Assembly: GCA_964556895.1 (NCBI GenBank)
Contig: CAZKYC010000013.1
Span: 49 to 64,048 of the forward strand
DNA: 64,000 bases
Source: an uncultured bacterium
GTDB lineage: Bacteria > Hinthialibacterota > Hinthialibacteria > Hinthialibacterales > Hinthialibacteraceae
Reading direction: 5' to 3'
A program made the translations under genes and the position numbers. Shown here one piece after another: positions 52,217 to 61,200 of the stretch (position 1 is its first letter; each line of letters opens with the position of its first letter). The notes beneath the pieces were generated by a model. The model was not told the DNA's origin, did not search any database, and saw only the letters and a program-made list of their open reading frames with translations.

Positions 52217-52603
52217 TTAGATCGATTGCGGCGGCTGGGTGCGTTCAATTCGCGGCAACAGCGAGTCAATCAACCCAAAGCGATAGTCGTTGCCGACCTT
52301 CCAGATATACAAGAACGCCACCGTAGCGACCAAGAGAAACCCGACCAGACAGACCGCAAACCCACGGCGAATGTAGCGCTGCTGGTTGTCCGTAAACCAT
52401 CGCGCGTGTTTGGCCAACACGTCGGCTTCATAGGCTTCGTCTTCAGGCCCAAACGCCACTTGCGCCATTTCGGGCGGGATGCGCCCCGGCAACAGCGGCG
52501 GCACATGGCCGGCGTCAAGCGCCTTCAGGCGCCATACCAACCACGGGTTGCGGGTGGCCATCAGATACATTTCGCTCTGATTTTGGTTTTTTTCGTTGGA
52601 CAT
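52217..52603 (-). CDS. Small single-pass membrane hypothetical protein (128 aa)
   Basis: AAGAGGGT RBS before the ATG at 52603 and TM GFAVCLVGFLLVATVAFLYIW. Confidence 0.65.
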   Translation of the reverse strand: MSNEKNQNQSEMYLMATRNPWLVWRLKALDAGHVPPLLPGRIPPEMAQVAFGPEDEAYEADVLAKHARWFTDNQQRYIRRGFAVCLVGFLLVATVAFLYIWKVGNDYRFGLIDSLLPRIERTQPPQSI

Positions 52604-52624
52604 GGTCTTACCCTCTTTCATCAA

Positions 52625-53136
52625 ACAACTACGGCTTATGTCTCACGGCGTCGCCCAGACAGAACCATGAAACCGTTTCCCCGAACGTTACTTCGGGAGC
52701 GAACGCGTATCACCACACAGTGGTGTTGTTACTCGATGTAGGAGAAAACCTCCGTGTTTTCCCCTACATTCAAACGCCGGCGATTGGTCCGAATGTACGT
52801 CATATCTTCTTTCAATCGTCCACTTTGCCGCTGTGATTCGCAGAGTATCAGCGCGCCCGAAAGGGCCCAGCGCTGGATACAGCAAGCAAAACCCGAACGA
52901 CACGTTTTGCTTAGCGCATCACAGATACTGTGTTCACACAGTGGAGTGTTTCGCTCGGTAACGCAACCAGAGATTGCGTGTCGTCGAACCAATCCGACTC
53001 CCTCAAAACCTCAATCAAGTCTTCGCCAATCGGCGAAGAAACTGGCCCCGCATTGTTGATGGGCGCTTCAAGCGATAATGCGGAGCCCGTTCGGTCGCAC
53101 CCGAATACCTGAAGCGCTTTCCAGAATCGTCAACGC
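52625..53136 (-). ncRNA. Candidate large structured ncRNA or leader RNA, family unknown
   Basis: About 10 helices, including an 11-bp long-range helix (52782-52792/52984-52994) and two 8-bp loop pairings. Several mismatches become G-U pairs only on the minus strand. An upstream sigma54 motif is present. Confidence 0.55.
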
Positions 53137-53147
53137 ATATATATAAG

Positions 53148-53162
53148 GCAACCGCCATACCA
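53148..53162 (-). promoter_or_regulatory. Putative sigma54 (-24/-12) promoter
   Basis: Minus strand TGGTATGGCGGTTGC fits TGGYAYR-N4-TTGC with exact GG-N10-GC spacing. Confidence 0.6.
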
Positions 53163-53288
53163 AGCCGGCATGAAAAAAAGAGAAGTTTGTAACCTTTTTT
53201 GTTTCAGCGAGTTATAATCAGGATGCGGTATAGCCCCGAATGAGGTCATACGCCTGACCTATGGCAATTATTTCCGGACGCAGACTTG

Positions 53289-54485
53289 ATGAGTCAAAAA
53301 TTTCCTGATACAGCCTTCGCCATACCATTGGGCTTATACCTTCACCTGCCATATTGCCAGACAAAGTGCACGTATTGTTCGTTTGTATCGGGCGCGCCTC
53401 AGTCTGACAGCGAGATCGACCGCTATTTGGATGCGCTGATTGTCCACCTGCGGTCTGGCGCGCGTTTGGCCGAAGATCGCGAGTTAACCACCGTTTTTCT
53501 TGGCGGCGGCACGCCCAGCCTGATGGGGGCTGAGCGGCTAGTGCGATTATTCGAGGCCGTCCACGATGCGTATTCAGTCTCAGCCAGGGCAGAAATCACC
53601 ATCGAAGCCAACCCCGAAAGCGCGACTCAGGAACTGGTTGAGGCGCTGCGCCCGCTTGGCCTTAACCGCGTCAGTTTAGGCGTGCAGTCGTTTCATGAGG
53701 ACGAGTTAGCGTGGCTGGGGCGAGTGCATTCAGTTGCCGGCGTCTACCGCGCTATCGAAGCGGCGCGCGCCGCGGGCGTCGACAACCTCTCGCTCGATCT
53801 CATCTTTGGGCTGCCCAATCAAAGCGAAGGGCGCTGGCGCCAGTCGGTCGAACGCGCCATCGCCTGCGGCATCGACCACTTTTCGTCGTATGCGCTGTCA
53901 TATGAAGAGGGCACGCGGCTTCACCGCCTGCTTAAACAAAACAAGATTGCTCCAGCAGACGATGAGCGCTATGAAGCGATGTATATCGGCCTTCGCGAGA
54001 TGATGGCCGAGGCGGGCTTCGAGCAGTATGAACTCTCAAATTGGGCCAAACCCGGTAGGCGCTGTGAACACAACTCAATCTATTGGCGGCGCGATGACTA
54101 TCTAGCCTTTGGCGTCTCGGCCCACGGGTGGATCAATGGGTTGCGCTATGGCCTGGTCAGAAACCCCAATCAATATGTTGAACTCATCGAAAACTCAAAG
54201 CCTGACCAAACCGTTTTACCGTTTGGAGAACCATTGTTAGACGAACACAAAACGCTCTCCTCAGACGAAGCGGCGTCAGATGCTATGATCTTCGGGCTGC
54301 GAATGACAGACGGCGTTGACCTGGCCGCGTTTGAATCGCGGTATGGATTCACGCCGTTTGAGCGCTGGAGCGCTGCCATTCAAACATTGCAAAATAGAGG
54401 GTTAATTGGCTCTAACGGCCAGCGCGTCTGGCTGACGCCAGAGGCCTACTTTATCAGCAACGAAGCCCTGGTGCATTTTTTGTAG
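53289..54485 (+). CDS. hemW: Radical SAM heme chaperone HemW (HemN-like)
   Basis: LYLHLPYCQTKCTYCSF, GGGTPS, IEANP, RVSLGVQSF, YELSNW and HNSIYW motifs. Confidence 0.9.
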   Translation: MSQKFPDTAFAIPLGLYLHLPYCQTKCTYCSFVSGAPQSDSEIDRYLDALIVHLRSGARLAEDRELTTVFLGGGTPSLMGAERLVRLFEAVHDAYSVSARAEITIEANPESATQELVEALRPLGLNRVSLGVQSFHEDELAWLGRVHSVAGVYRAIEAARAAGVDNLSLDLIFGLPNQSEGRWRQSVERAIACGIDHFSSYALSYEEGTRLHRLLKQNKIAPADDERYEAMYIGLREMMAEAGFEQYELSNWAKPGRRCEHNSIYWRRDDYLAFGVSAHGWINGLRYGLVRNPNQYVELIENSKPDQTVLPFGEPLLDEHKTLSSDEAASDAMIFGLRMTDGVDLAAFESRYGFTPFERWSAAIQTLQNRGLIGSNGQRVWLTPEAYFISNEALVHFL

Positions 54486-54495
54486 AAAATACTGG

Positions 54496-54540
54496 CCCCC
54501 TCTAGTTCCTCTTCTCCCAAAGTTGGAGGGGGGGAGGGGG
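54496..54540. repeat. Degenerate C/G-tract REP-like palindrome
   Basis: CCCCCTC..CTCCCAAAGTTGGAGGGGGGAGGGGG, similar in style to 25478 and 28631. Confidence 0.55.
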
Positions 54541-54576
54541 CAAATCAACGGCTTATTCAGTCTCGATACTGACTTT

Positions 54577-55242
54577 ATGCGACGGTTCTATCAGATTACG
54601 ACAGATAAATTAAACAACTTTCTCTGGGGCCGGGCGCTGGTTGGCCACCTCTCGCGCTATCGGCTTGTCTATGAAAATGTTGAAGCGCTTTACATCGCGC
54701 TGATCTTGGCGTTGTTCATCAAAAGTTTTCTGTTTGAGGCCTATAAGATTCCATCAGCGTCCATGCATGACACCCTGCTCGAAGGCGACCGCATCTTCGT
54801 CAACAAGATGGTGTACAACATATGGGACGTCTCAGTCGGCGACATCGTAGTCTTCAAAACCAAAGGCATCGCCCCCATCGATGAACCAGACAAGCCCTAT
54901 TACATCAAGCGCGTGGTCGGCCTGCCCGGCGATCTGGTAGAAATTCGCGACGGCTACATCTATCGCAACGGCGAGCGGACTAAAACGCCGCCGTTTTTTC
55001 GCGAGAATTACTACATCCCAATTGATAATTTCAAGCGTTTGTTTGAAGTGCCGCCGGGACAGGTATACGTTTTTGGCGATAACAGTTTTAATAGTCATGA
55101 CAGCCGCGCCTGGGGCGGGGTTCCAATTGAGAACCTGGTCGGCAAAGCGTTTTTTCGCTTTTTCCCGCTTGACCGCGTCGGCCTGATTGAGGGCGCGCCG
55201 CCAGTTCGCGCCAGCGTACGCCGCCAGTTGGAGTTTGACTAG
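54577..55242 (+). CDS. lepB: Signal peptidase I, paralog 1
   Basis: IPSASM (catalytic Ser), YIKRVVG (Lys) and GDN..NSHDSR. Confidence 0.93.
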   Translation: MRRFYQITTDKLNNFLWGRALVGHLSRYRLVYENVEALYIALILALFIKSFLFEAYKIPSASMHDTLLEGDRIFVNKMVYNIWDVSVGDIVVFKTKGIAPIDEPDKPYYIKRVVGLPGDLVEIRDGYIYRNGERTKTPPFFRENYYIPIDNFKRLFEVPPGQVYVFGDNSFNSHDSRAWGGVPIENLVGKAFFRFFPLDRVGLIEGAPPVRASVRRQLEFD

Positions 55243-55306
55243 AAGTCGCCATGACGTTTTGGTTGAATGAAACCTAAGATTGAGTAGCACTAATGAGGAT
55301 ATCGCC

Positions 55307-55999
55307 ATGATGCGCTTTTATGCTTATGTTGCTGAAAAGATGAAAAACTACTTGTGGGGGCGCGCCGCGCTCAACCACATCTCGCGCCACAGATGGTTTT
55401 ACGCCAACTTTGAGGCGCTCTATACCTCGTTGGTCATCGTCTTGATAGTAACAGCGTATATCATCATCGCCTACAAGATTCCATCGGCGTCGATGCATGA
55501 CACCCTGCTCGAAGGCGACCGCATCTTTGTCGCCAAGTTTTTGTATAATTTTAACGACGTTGAAGTCGGCGACGTGATCGTGTTTCGCACCAAGGGAATC
55601 GAAGAGATTTATGAAGCCGACAAGCCCTATTACATCAAGCGAGTGGTTGGCCTTTCCGGCGATGAGATCCGCATTCACAACGGGTTCATCTACCGCAACG
55701 GCGAGTTGCTCAGCGAGCCGGATTTCTTCTTAAAAAATTATTACGTTCCCTATCGGTCTAGATCACGGTTTATTGTGCCTGAGGGCGAGGTGTTTGTGTT
55801 TGGCGACAATAGTTACAACAGCCGCGATAGCCGCGATTGGGAGGGCGTCCCAATTGAGAACGTGGTCGGCAAGGCGTTTTTTCGCTTTTGGCCGCTGAGC
55901 CGGGTCGGCCTGTTAGAGGGCGTTCCGCCCGAACGCGCCCGCATCAACCGCGACAACGCCCCGCCGCCGTTGACCTCCAGCGTCTTTCAAAACGGATAG
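55307..55999 (+). CDS. lepB: Signal peptidase I, paralog 2
   Basis: Same motifs; tandem paralog. Confidence 0.93.
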   Translation: MMRFYAYVAEKMKNYLWGRAALNHISRHRWFYANFEALYTSLVIVLIVTAYIIIAYKIPSASMHDTLLEGDRIFVAKFLYNFNDVEVGDVIVFRTKGIEEIYEADKPYYIKRVVGLSGDEIRIHNGFIYRNGELLSEPDFFLKNYYVPYRSRSRFIVPEGEVFVFGDNSYNSRDSRDWEGVPIENVVGKAFFRFWPLSRVGLLEGVPPERARINRDNAPPPLTSSVFQNG

Positions 56000-56005
56000 C
56001 GGGCC

Positions 56006-56770
56006 ATGGTCGACACCCTGCTCGCCATTGATATCGGCAACTCGCGCCTCAAGTTCGCCGCGTTTGGCAACGGCGACCTGTTGCGCCAAGACTACCTGCC
56101 CGCGCTGCCTGAATACGCCGAAAAAATCTGTCACGAAGCGGCCTTATGGAACGAAGAATTCCACTTCACCGATTCGATCATCGCCTCGGTGTCGCCGCGC
56201 CTGGGCGACCTGATCGTCACTCGCATCGAACACGAAACCGGCCTGGCGCCAATCGCAGTTGAGCCGCTCAAACAAGACTTGCTACCGCTCAAGGTTGACC
56301 GCCCTGAGACGGTCGGCGTCGACCGCGTGGTGAATTGTTTCGCCGCGCTTCATCTTTATGGCGCTCCCGCCATCGTGATCAGCATGGGCACCGCCACCAC
56401 CTTCGAGGCCCTTTCAACTGACGGCGAATACCTGGGCGGCGCTATCGCCCCCGGGGTGAAAATTTCGCTCGAAGCCCTCAGCCAGCGAACCGCGCTGCTG
56501 CCGCCTGCGGTGTGGAAAAAGCCCGACCGCCTCATCGCCAAAACCACTCTCGCCCACATGGAATCGGGCATGTATTACGGCTCGCTCAGCCTCATCGAAG
56601 GCATGACGCGCCGCATGAAACAAGAACTAGGCGACGGCGCCAAGATCATCGCCACCGGCGGCATCAGCGAACTTCTGGCCGAAGAAAACGTTTTTGACAT
56701 TCTCGACCCCACCCTCACCCTCAAAGGCCTCAATCTGGTGTATACGGAGAAGATAGTAAAAACAGAATAG
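56006..56770 (+). CDS. coaX: Type III pantothenate kinase
   Basis: DIGNS, GVDR, MGTATT, GGAIAPG, ATGG and LTLKGL motifs. Confidence 0.93.
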   Translation: MVDTLLAIDIGNSRLKFAAFGNGDLLRQDYLPALPEYAEKICHEAALWNEEFHFTDSIIASVSPRLGDLIVTRIEHETGLAPIAVEPLKQDLLPLKVDRPETVGVDRVVNCFAALHLYGAPAIVISMGTATTFEALSTDGEYLGGAIAPGVKISLEALSQRTALLPPAVWKKPDRLIAKTTLAHMESGMYYGSLSLIEGMTRRMKQELGDGAKIIATGGISELLAEENVFDILDPTLTLKGLNLVYTEKIVKTE

Positions 56771-56866
56771 AACCCTGTGTTTTCGATTTTTTTCCGCTTT
56801 GGTTTTGTCATAAAGCGTGTCATAATGGTTGTTTGCCGCTGAACCAAATTGAAAGAAGCCGTTTGA

Positions 56867-58105
56867 ATGACTGAACCGACCGCCTACCCCTCAGGCACTG
56901 ACCTGCGTATCCTGCTGCAAGACTGCCAATGCGGCGACGGCCTGCTGAGACAACCGGGCGCCGCCTCACCGCTGTTGCGCAAGGCCGTTCAGTCGGTCGG
57001 GTTTCAAGATTTGACCGAAGCCAGCTACGCGTTTGACGAGGGCGGCTATACCCTGGCGATTGTTCTCGCCGAATCTCACCTGGTGGTTCACACCTGGCCC
57101 GAATTCAACAACCTGGTGTTGGTCAATGTCAGCGTATGCGATTTTCTGCGCCCCAATCGTGAGCGTACGTTGAAACTCGCCGACGAGCTGCGCCGCGTGT
57201 TTCAACCGAAACGTCATCTTGTCGAAGAAAGCAGCATGGCCCCGCGACTGCAAGACAAGCTGGTCGCGGGCCATGGCTACTACGTTGAGATCGACAAACT
57301 CATCGCCTCGCGCAAAAGCGAATTTCAATCCATCACCGTCGCCGACACTCCCGTGTTTGGCCGCTCGCTGGTCATTGACGGCGTCTTTCAGGTCAGTGAA
57401 GCCGACAGCGCCTTCTATCATGAACCATTGGTGCATGTCCCTATGTTGGCCCATCCCAATCCTCAGACGGTGATGATCTGCGGCGGGGGCGACGGCGTGG
57501 CCGCCAAAGAGGTGTTGCGTCACCCGTCGGTCGAACGCTGCGTCATTGTTGATATTGACCCCGAAGTGGTCGATATCTCGCGCACAACGCTATCGGCGCT
57601 TCATCAGGGCGCATTAGACGACTCGCGGGTAGAGATTTGTATCGGAGACGCCAAAGACCACCTCAGTCATCTCGACGGCCAGTATGATGTGATTTTGGTC
57701 GACAGCACCGACCCAGTGGGCTGCGGCGAGCCGCTCTTCACCCAGGAATTTTATCGCGACCTCTCGGGTTGTCTGGCCGATGACGGCTGGCTGGGGCTTC
57801 ACGTCGGCTCGCCCTATATCATCGAAGAAGAATCGGCCCGGGCGGCGGCGAAAATCAACCAGGCGTTTCACCGCGCCGACCCCTATCTTCAGTATGTCCC
57901 TAGCTACGCCTCGATGATGGGTTTTATGATTTGTCAGAACCGAGACGAATTGCTGCCCAGCCCGGGCGCCTTACAGGAACGAATCGACGAACGCGAGCTG
58001 ACCGGCCTCGAACTTCTCACCCCTGAAACCTACGCCGCCATGTTCGCTATCCCGCCCAAATTGCAGCATGTGTTTCCCAAAGTGTCGGCGCAGGTATTCG
58101 CCTAG
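56867..58105 (+). CDS. speE: S-adenosylmethionine decarboxylase-like / spermidine synthase fusion
   Basis: N-terminal LAESHLVVHTWPE (pyruvoyl cleavage site E|S), then C-terminal YHE, GGGDG, DID and DSTDP motifs. Confidence 0.88.
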   Translation: MTEPTAYPSGTDLRILLQDCQCGDGLLRQPGAASPLLRKAVQSVGFQDLTEASYAFDEGGYTLAIVLAESHLVVHTWPEFNNLVLVNVSVCDFLRPNRERTLKLADELRRVFQPKRHLVEESSMAPRLQDKLVAGHGYYVEIDKLIASRKSEFQSITVADTPVFGRSLVIDGVFQVSEADSAFYHEPLVHVPMLAHPNPQTVMICGGGDGVAAKEVLRHPSVERCVIVDIDPEVVDISRTTLSALHQGALDDSRVEICIGDAKDHLSHLDGQYDVILVDSTDPVGCGEPLFTQEFYRDLSGCLADDGWLGLHVGSPYIIEEESARAAAKINQAFHRADPYLQYVPSYASMMGFMICQNRDELLPSPGALQERIDERELTGLELLTPETYAAMFAIPPKLQHVFPKVSAQVFA

Positions 58106-58241
58106 CCAAATCAACCACGTACCAGTGACGAAACCCTACGGACGGGCTATTGTATCTTGATCAAACAGGCCATCGTATTTGTTAGTCGCCTACTCATTCG
58201 CTGATTCAAAACCAAGGGCGTTTCTAAAGGAGCGGGGAGTC

Positions 58242-61200
58242 ATGCCAGAACATCAAACCGAGCGCGTATCGCCAGTGTCAACGCGCGTCGCCTGGATCGT
58301 CGCAGCCATCGCGCTATTTGGAGCGTTCTTGCGCCTCTATCAACTCGACTACATGGCGTTTCACCACGACGAGTCGATCCACGCCTATTACGCCCACCAG
58401 ATTTATCAGGGCGTCATGACCGCTTACAAGTATGACCCGACCTATCACGGGCCGTTTTTATATCACTACGGCGCGCTGTTCTTCATGCTGTTTGGCGACA
58501 GCGACTTCGCCGCCCGCCTGCCCTTTGTTTCATTTGGTATTTTGATGATGTATTTCGTGTGGCGGCTGCGGCCCTGGATCGGGACCTATGGCGCGTTGTT
58601 CTCAATGACCCTGGTCGCGCTCTCGCCAACGATGTCATACTTTTCGCGCTTCGCCCGCAATGACATCTATATCGCCACCGCCGCGCTGGGGGTGTTGTTG
58701 TTTGCGCTCGAATATTTTCGCGACCGCAAACACTCACAACTTGTCTGGATGACCTTCTGGCTCGCTTTAATGTATTGCATTAAAGAAAACTCGTATATGA
58801 CGGGCTTTATTCTAGGCTCGTTTGTCACCGTCTACGGCGCCTATCTCATCATCAGCGCCGGCGGCCTGATGAGAAGCGACGCGCTCAAAGCGGTTTTCGT
58901 CGACCGCGCCCCCTTCGTAAAACTCACCGCGTTTTACGCCATCTTTTCTTGCGGCGCCTTCAGCCTAGTCTATTACGTCACTCGCGGCTTCGCTGACGGC
59001 GCGTATCCAAAAAATCCAAACTCATCTCTGGCGTTGTCGCACATGTACAACCTGCGCACCGCCTGGAGCGAATATATCTCTGAACACGCCTGGGTGCAGC
59101 CGTTTTGGCTGTTCTTGTTTGGCGGCGTCACCGTGATGGTGATTATCGCGCTGGCTTGGGTGCGCAGCCGCCTTGAAACCGCCGACCCGTCAGAGCCATG
59201 GCTGTCGCGAATCGCGAAGCACAACGTCGGCGTGTTGACCGCGATTCTGGTCGCGCTCACTACCTACGCGTTTTTGTTCACCACGATGGGCTACAACCCG
59301 GGCGGAATGAAAGCGGGCGTCATCGACTACCTGCTCTATTGGATGGGCCAGCAAGACAACCCGCGCATCGCCGGCGCGCCGACTTACTTTTTACCTCGCC
59401 TGTTTATTTATGAAATCGCTGCTGTGTTGGTTGGCGGCGTCGCTTACCTGGTCTATACCCTGCGGGCGTTCGGCCTGGCGGGGTGCATCAGTTTTCAATT
59501 CGTCATCGCCGCGGCGATTTACACCTACAGCCGTGTGATTCTTTATCCCGGCTCAAGCCTGGTGACAACCCTGTTGGTCGCGGCGATCTTACTGATTCTT
59601 TCTGGGTTGGCGCTGGTGGGCGCGTTTTTCTTCAACCCATTTCGCCAGGGCAATGAGAATGACGCACACGAGCCAGCCTTCGCGCTCGACGGCGTTCGCT
59701 CACTGTTTATCTATTGGACGCTGACATCGGTTTTGATCTACGCCATGTTGCATGAAAAAGTGCCTTGGCTTCTGACCCACCAAGCGTTCCCGTTGTTGAT
59801 TCTGGCGGGCATCTTCTTAGGCGATGTGTTTGTGCGATTGAAACCCGGCGTAGCGCGAAACGCGTTTCTTGTAGTGGTGGTGGTGGTGTGCGCCTTTCAA
59901 GCGCGTACGTCGATCCTGCTCAACTTCTATAACCCAGACAGCCCGCGCGAGCTGATGGTCTACACTCAATCTGACCAGAGCGTCAAACGCCTGGTCGATG
60001 AGATGGAACGCGCGGCCTATCAGTTAGGCCCTGACTACCGCCCGGTGAACTCGAAAGCCCGCCCCAAGAAGCCCATCGCCGTCATTCACGACGACCCGGC
60101 GTCATGGCCCTATAGTTGGTACCTGCGCAACTACAACTTCATCACCATCAGTTCTCAACAGCTGCCGCCGTCAAACGCGGAAGGCGTTCCCTTTGCGATC
60201 TTGAATCCGGGCATTCAAGAACGCATGGCGCCCTGGACTAAAGGCAAGTACATCAAACAACAGATGCCCCACCGCGTCTGGTGGCCGATCGGCCAAAGCG
60301 AACTGCCCTTTGAATATTACCAAAACCGCAACCGCCCGATTGGCGAAGCGTTTGGCGCCTTGTGGCGCTATATGTTGCGTCGTGAAATGTGGAACGAAAA
60401 TGACCCGTTGCTCAAACCCGGATCGTCTGATGTGGTGGTCTATCGCCGCCATCCATTCAAAGACCCCGAAACCCCGCCTGACTTGCCGAAGGGCTATGAC
60501 CAACAACCGCGCCCGCTCGAAATCACCGCCCAGGTGGGCGGCTTTGGAACCGGCCCCGGCCAGTTTAACGAACCGCGCGGCATTGCGCTGTCGCCTGACG
60601 AGAAAACGCTTTATGTTCTCGATGCGCACAATGCGCGGGTTCAGGTGTTTGATTGTGAAAACGACCTTCGCTATGTCACTTCGTTTGGCGAGCTGGGAAC
60701 CGGCGACGGCCAGCTTAGCGTACGCGGCGTCTCGCAATATGACCACGGCCCCAGCGGCGGCATCGACGTCGGGCCTGACGGCACAATCTATATCACCGAC
60801 ACCTGGCGCTACGTTCAAAACCAGAATGAACAAATCTTTGGCCGCATCGTCCGCTTGACCAAAGACGGCGAGCCATTGCCCAGCCTGGTTCCACCTGACG
60901 GGCCGTTCTTCTTCCCGCGCGGCTTGGCGGTCGATAAACGGGGCGTGCTCTATGTCGCTGACACAGGGGCGAACCGCATCGTCCGCTTCGCCCCAGACGG
61001 GACGTATTTAGGCGTGTTCTTACAAAACATTGTCAGAGAGCCCGTGGGCGTCATCATCGATAAAAAAGACGATACGGTGTATGTCTGTGACGTAGCGGGC
61101 AAGCGGGTCGTCGCCGTCAACCCAAGCGGCCAATTTGTCAAAGATTGGACCGTCTATGGCTGGGCCCCCAACAGCGAGGTTGCCATGCAGTGGATAGAGC

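Noticed and set aside
52750-52756. CsrB/RsmZ-like sponge RNA
   Set aside because: Only one clear loop-presented ANGGA (ACGGA, minus strand); sponge RNAs carry many.
52688-53112. Short ORFs 52688-52903, 52729-52992, 52754-53059 and 52930-53112
   Set aside because: They overlap one another, mostly have non-ATG starts, show no recognisable motifs and have atypical composition. The region is better explained as structured non-coding sequence.
52625-53136. RNase P RNA, tmRNA or group II intron as the identity of the structured region
   Set aside because: There is no GAGGAAAGUCC (RNase P) and no tRNA-like acceptor/T-arm ending in CCA (tmRNA). A GTGCG occurs at 53100 on the minus strand, but there is no domain V hairpin and no RT ORF.
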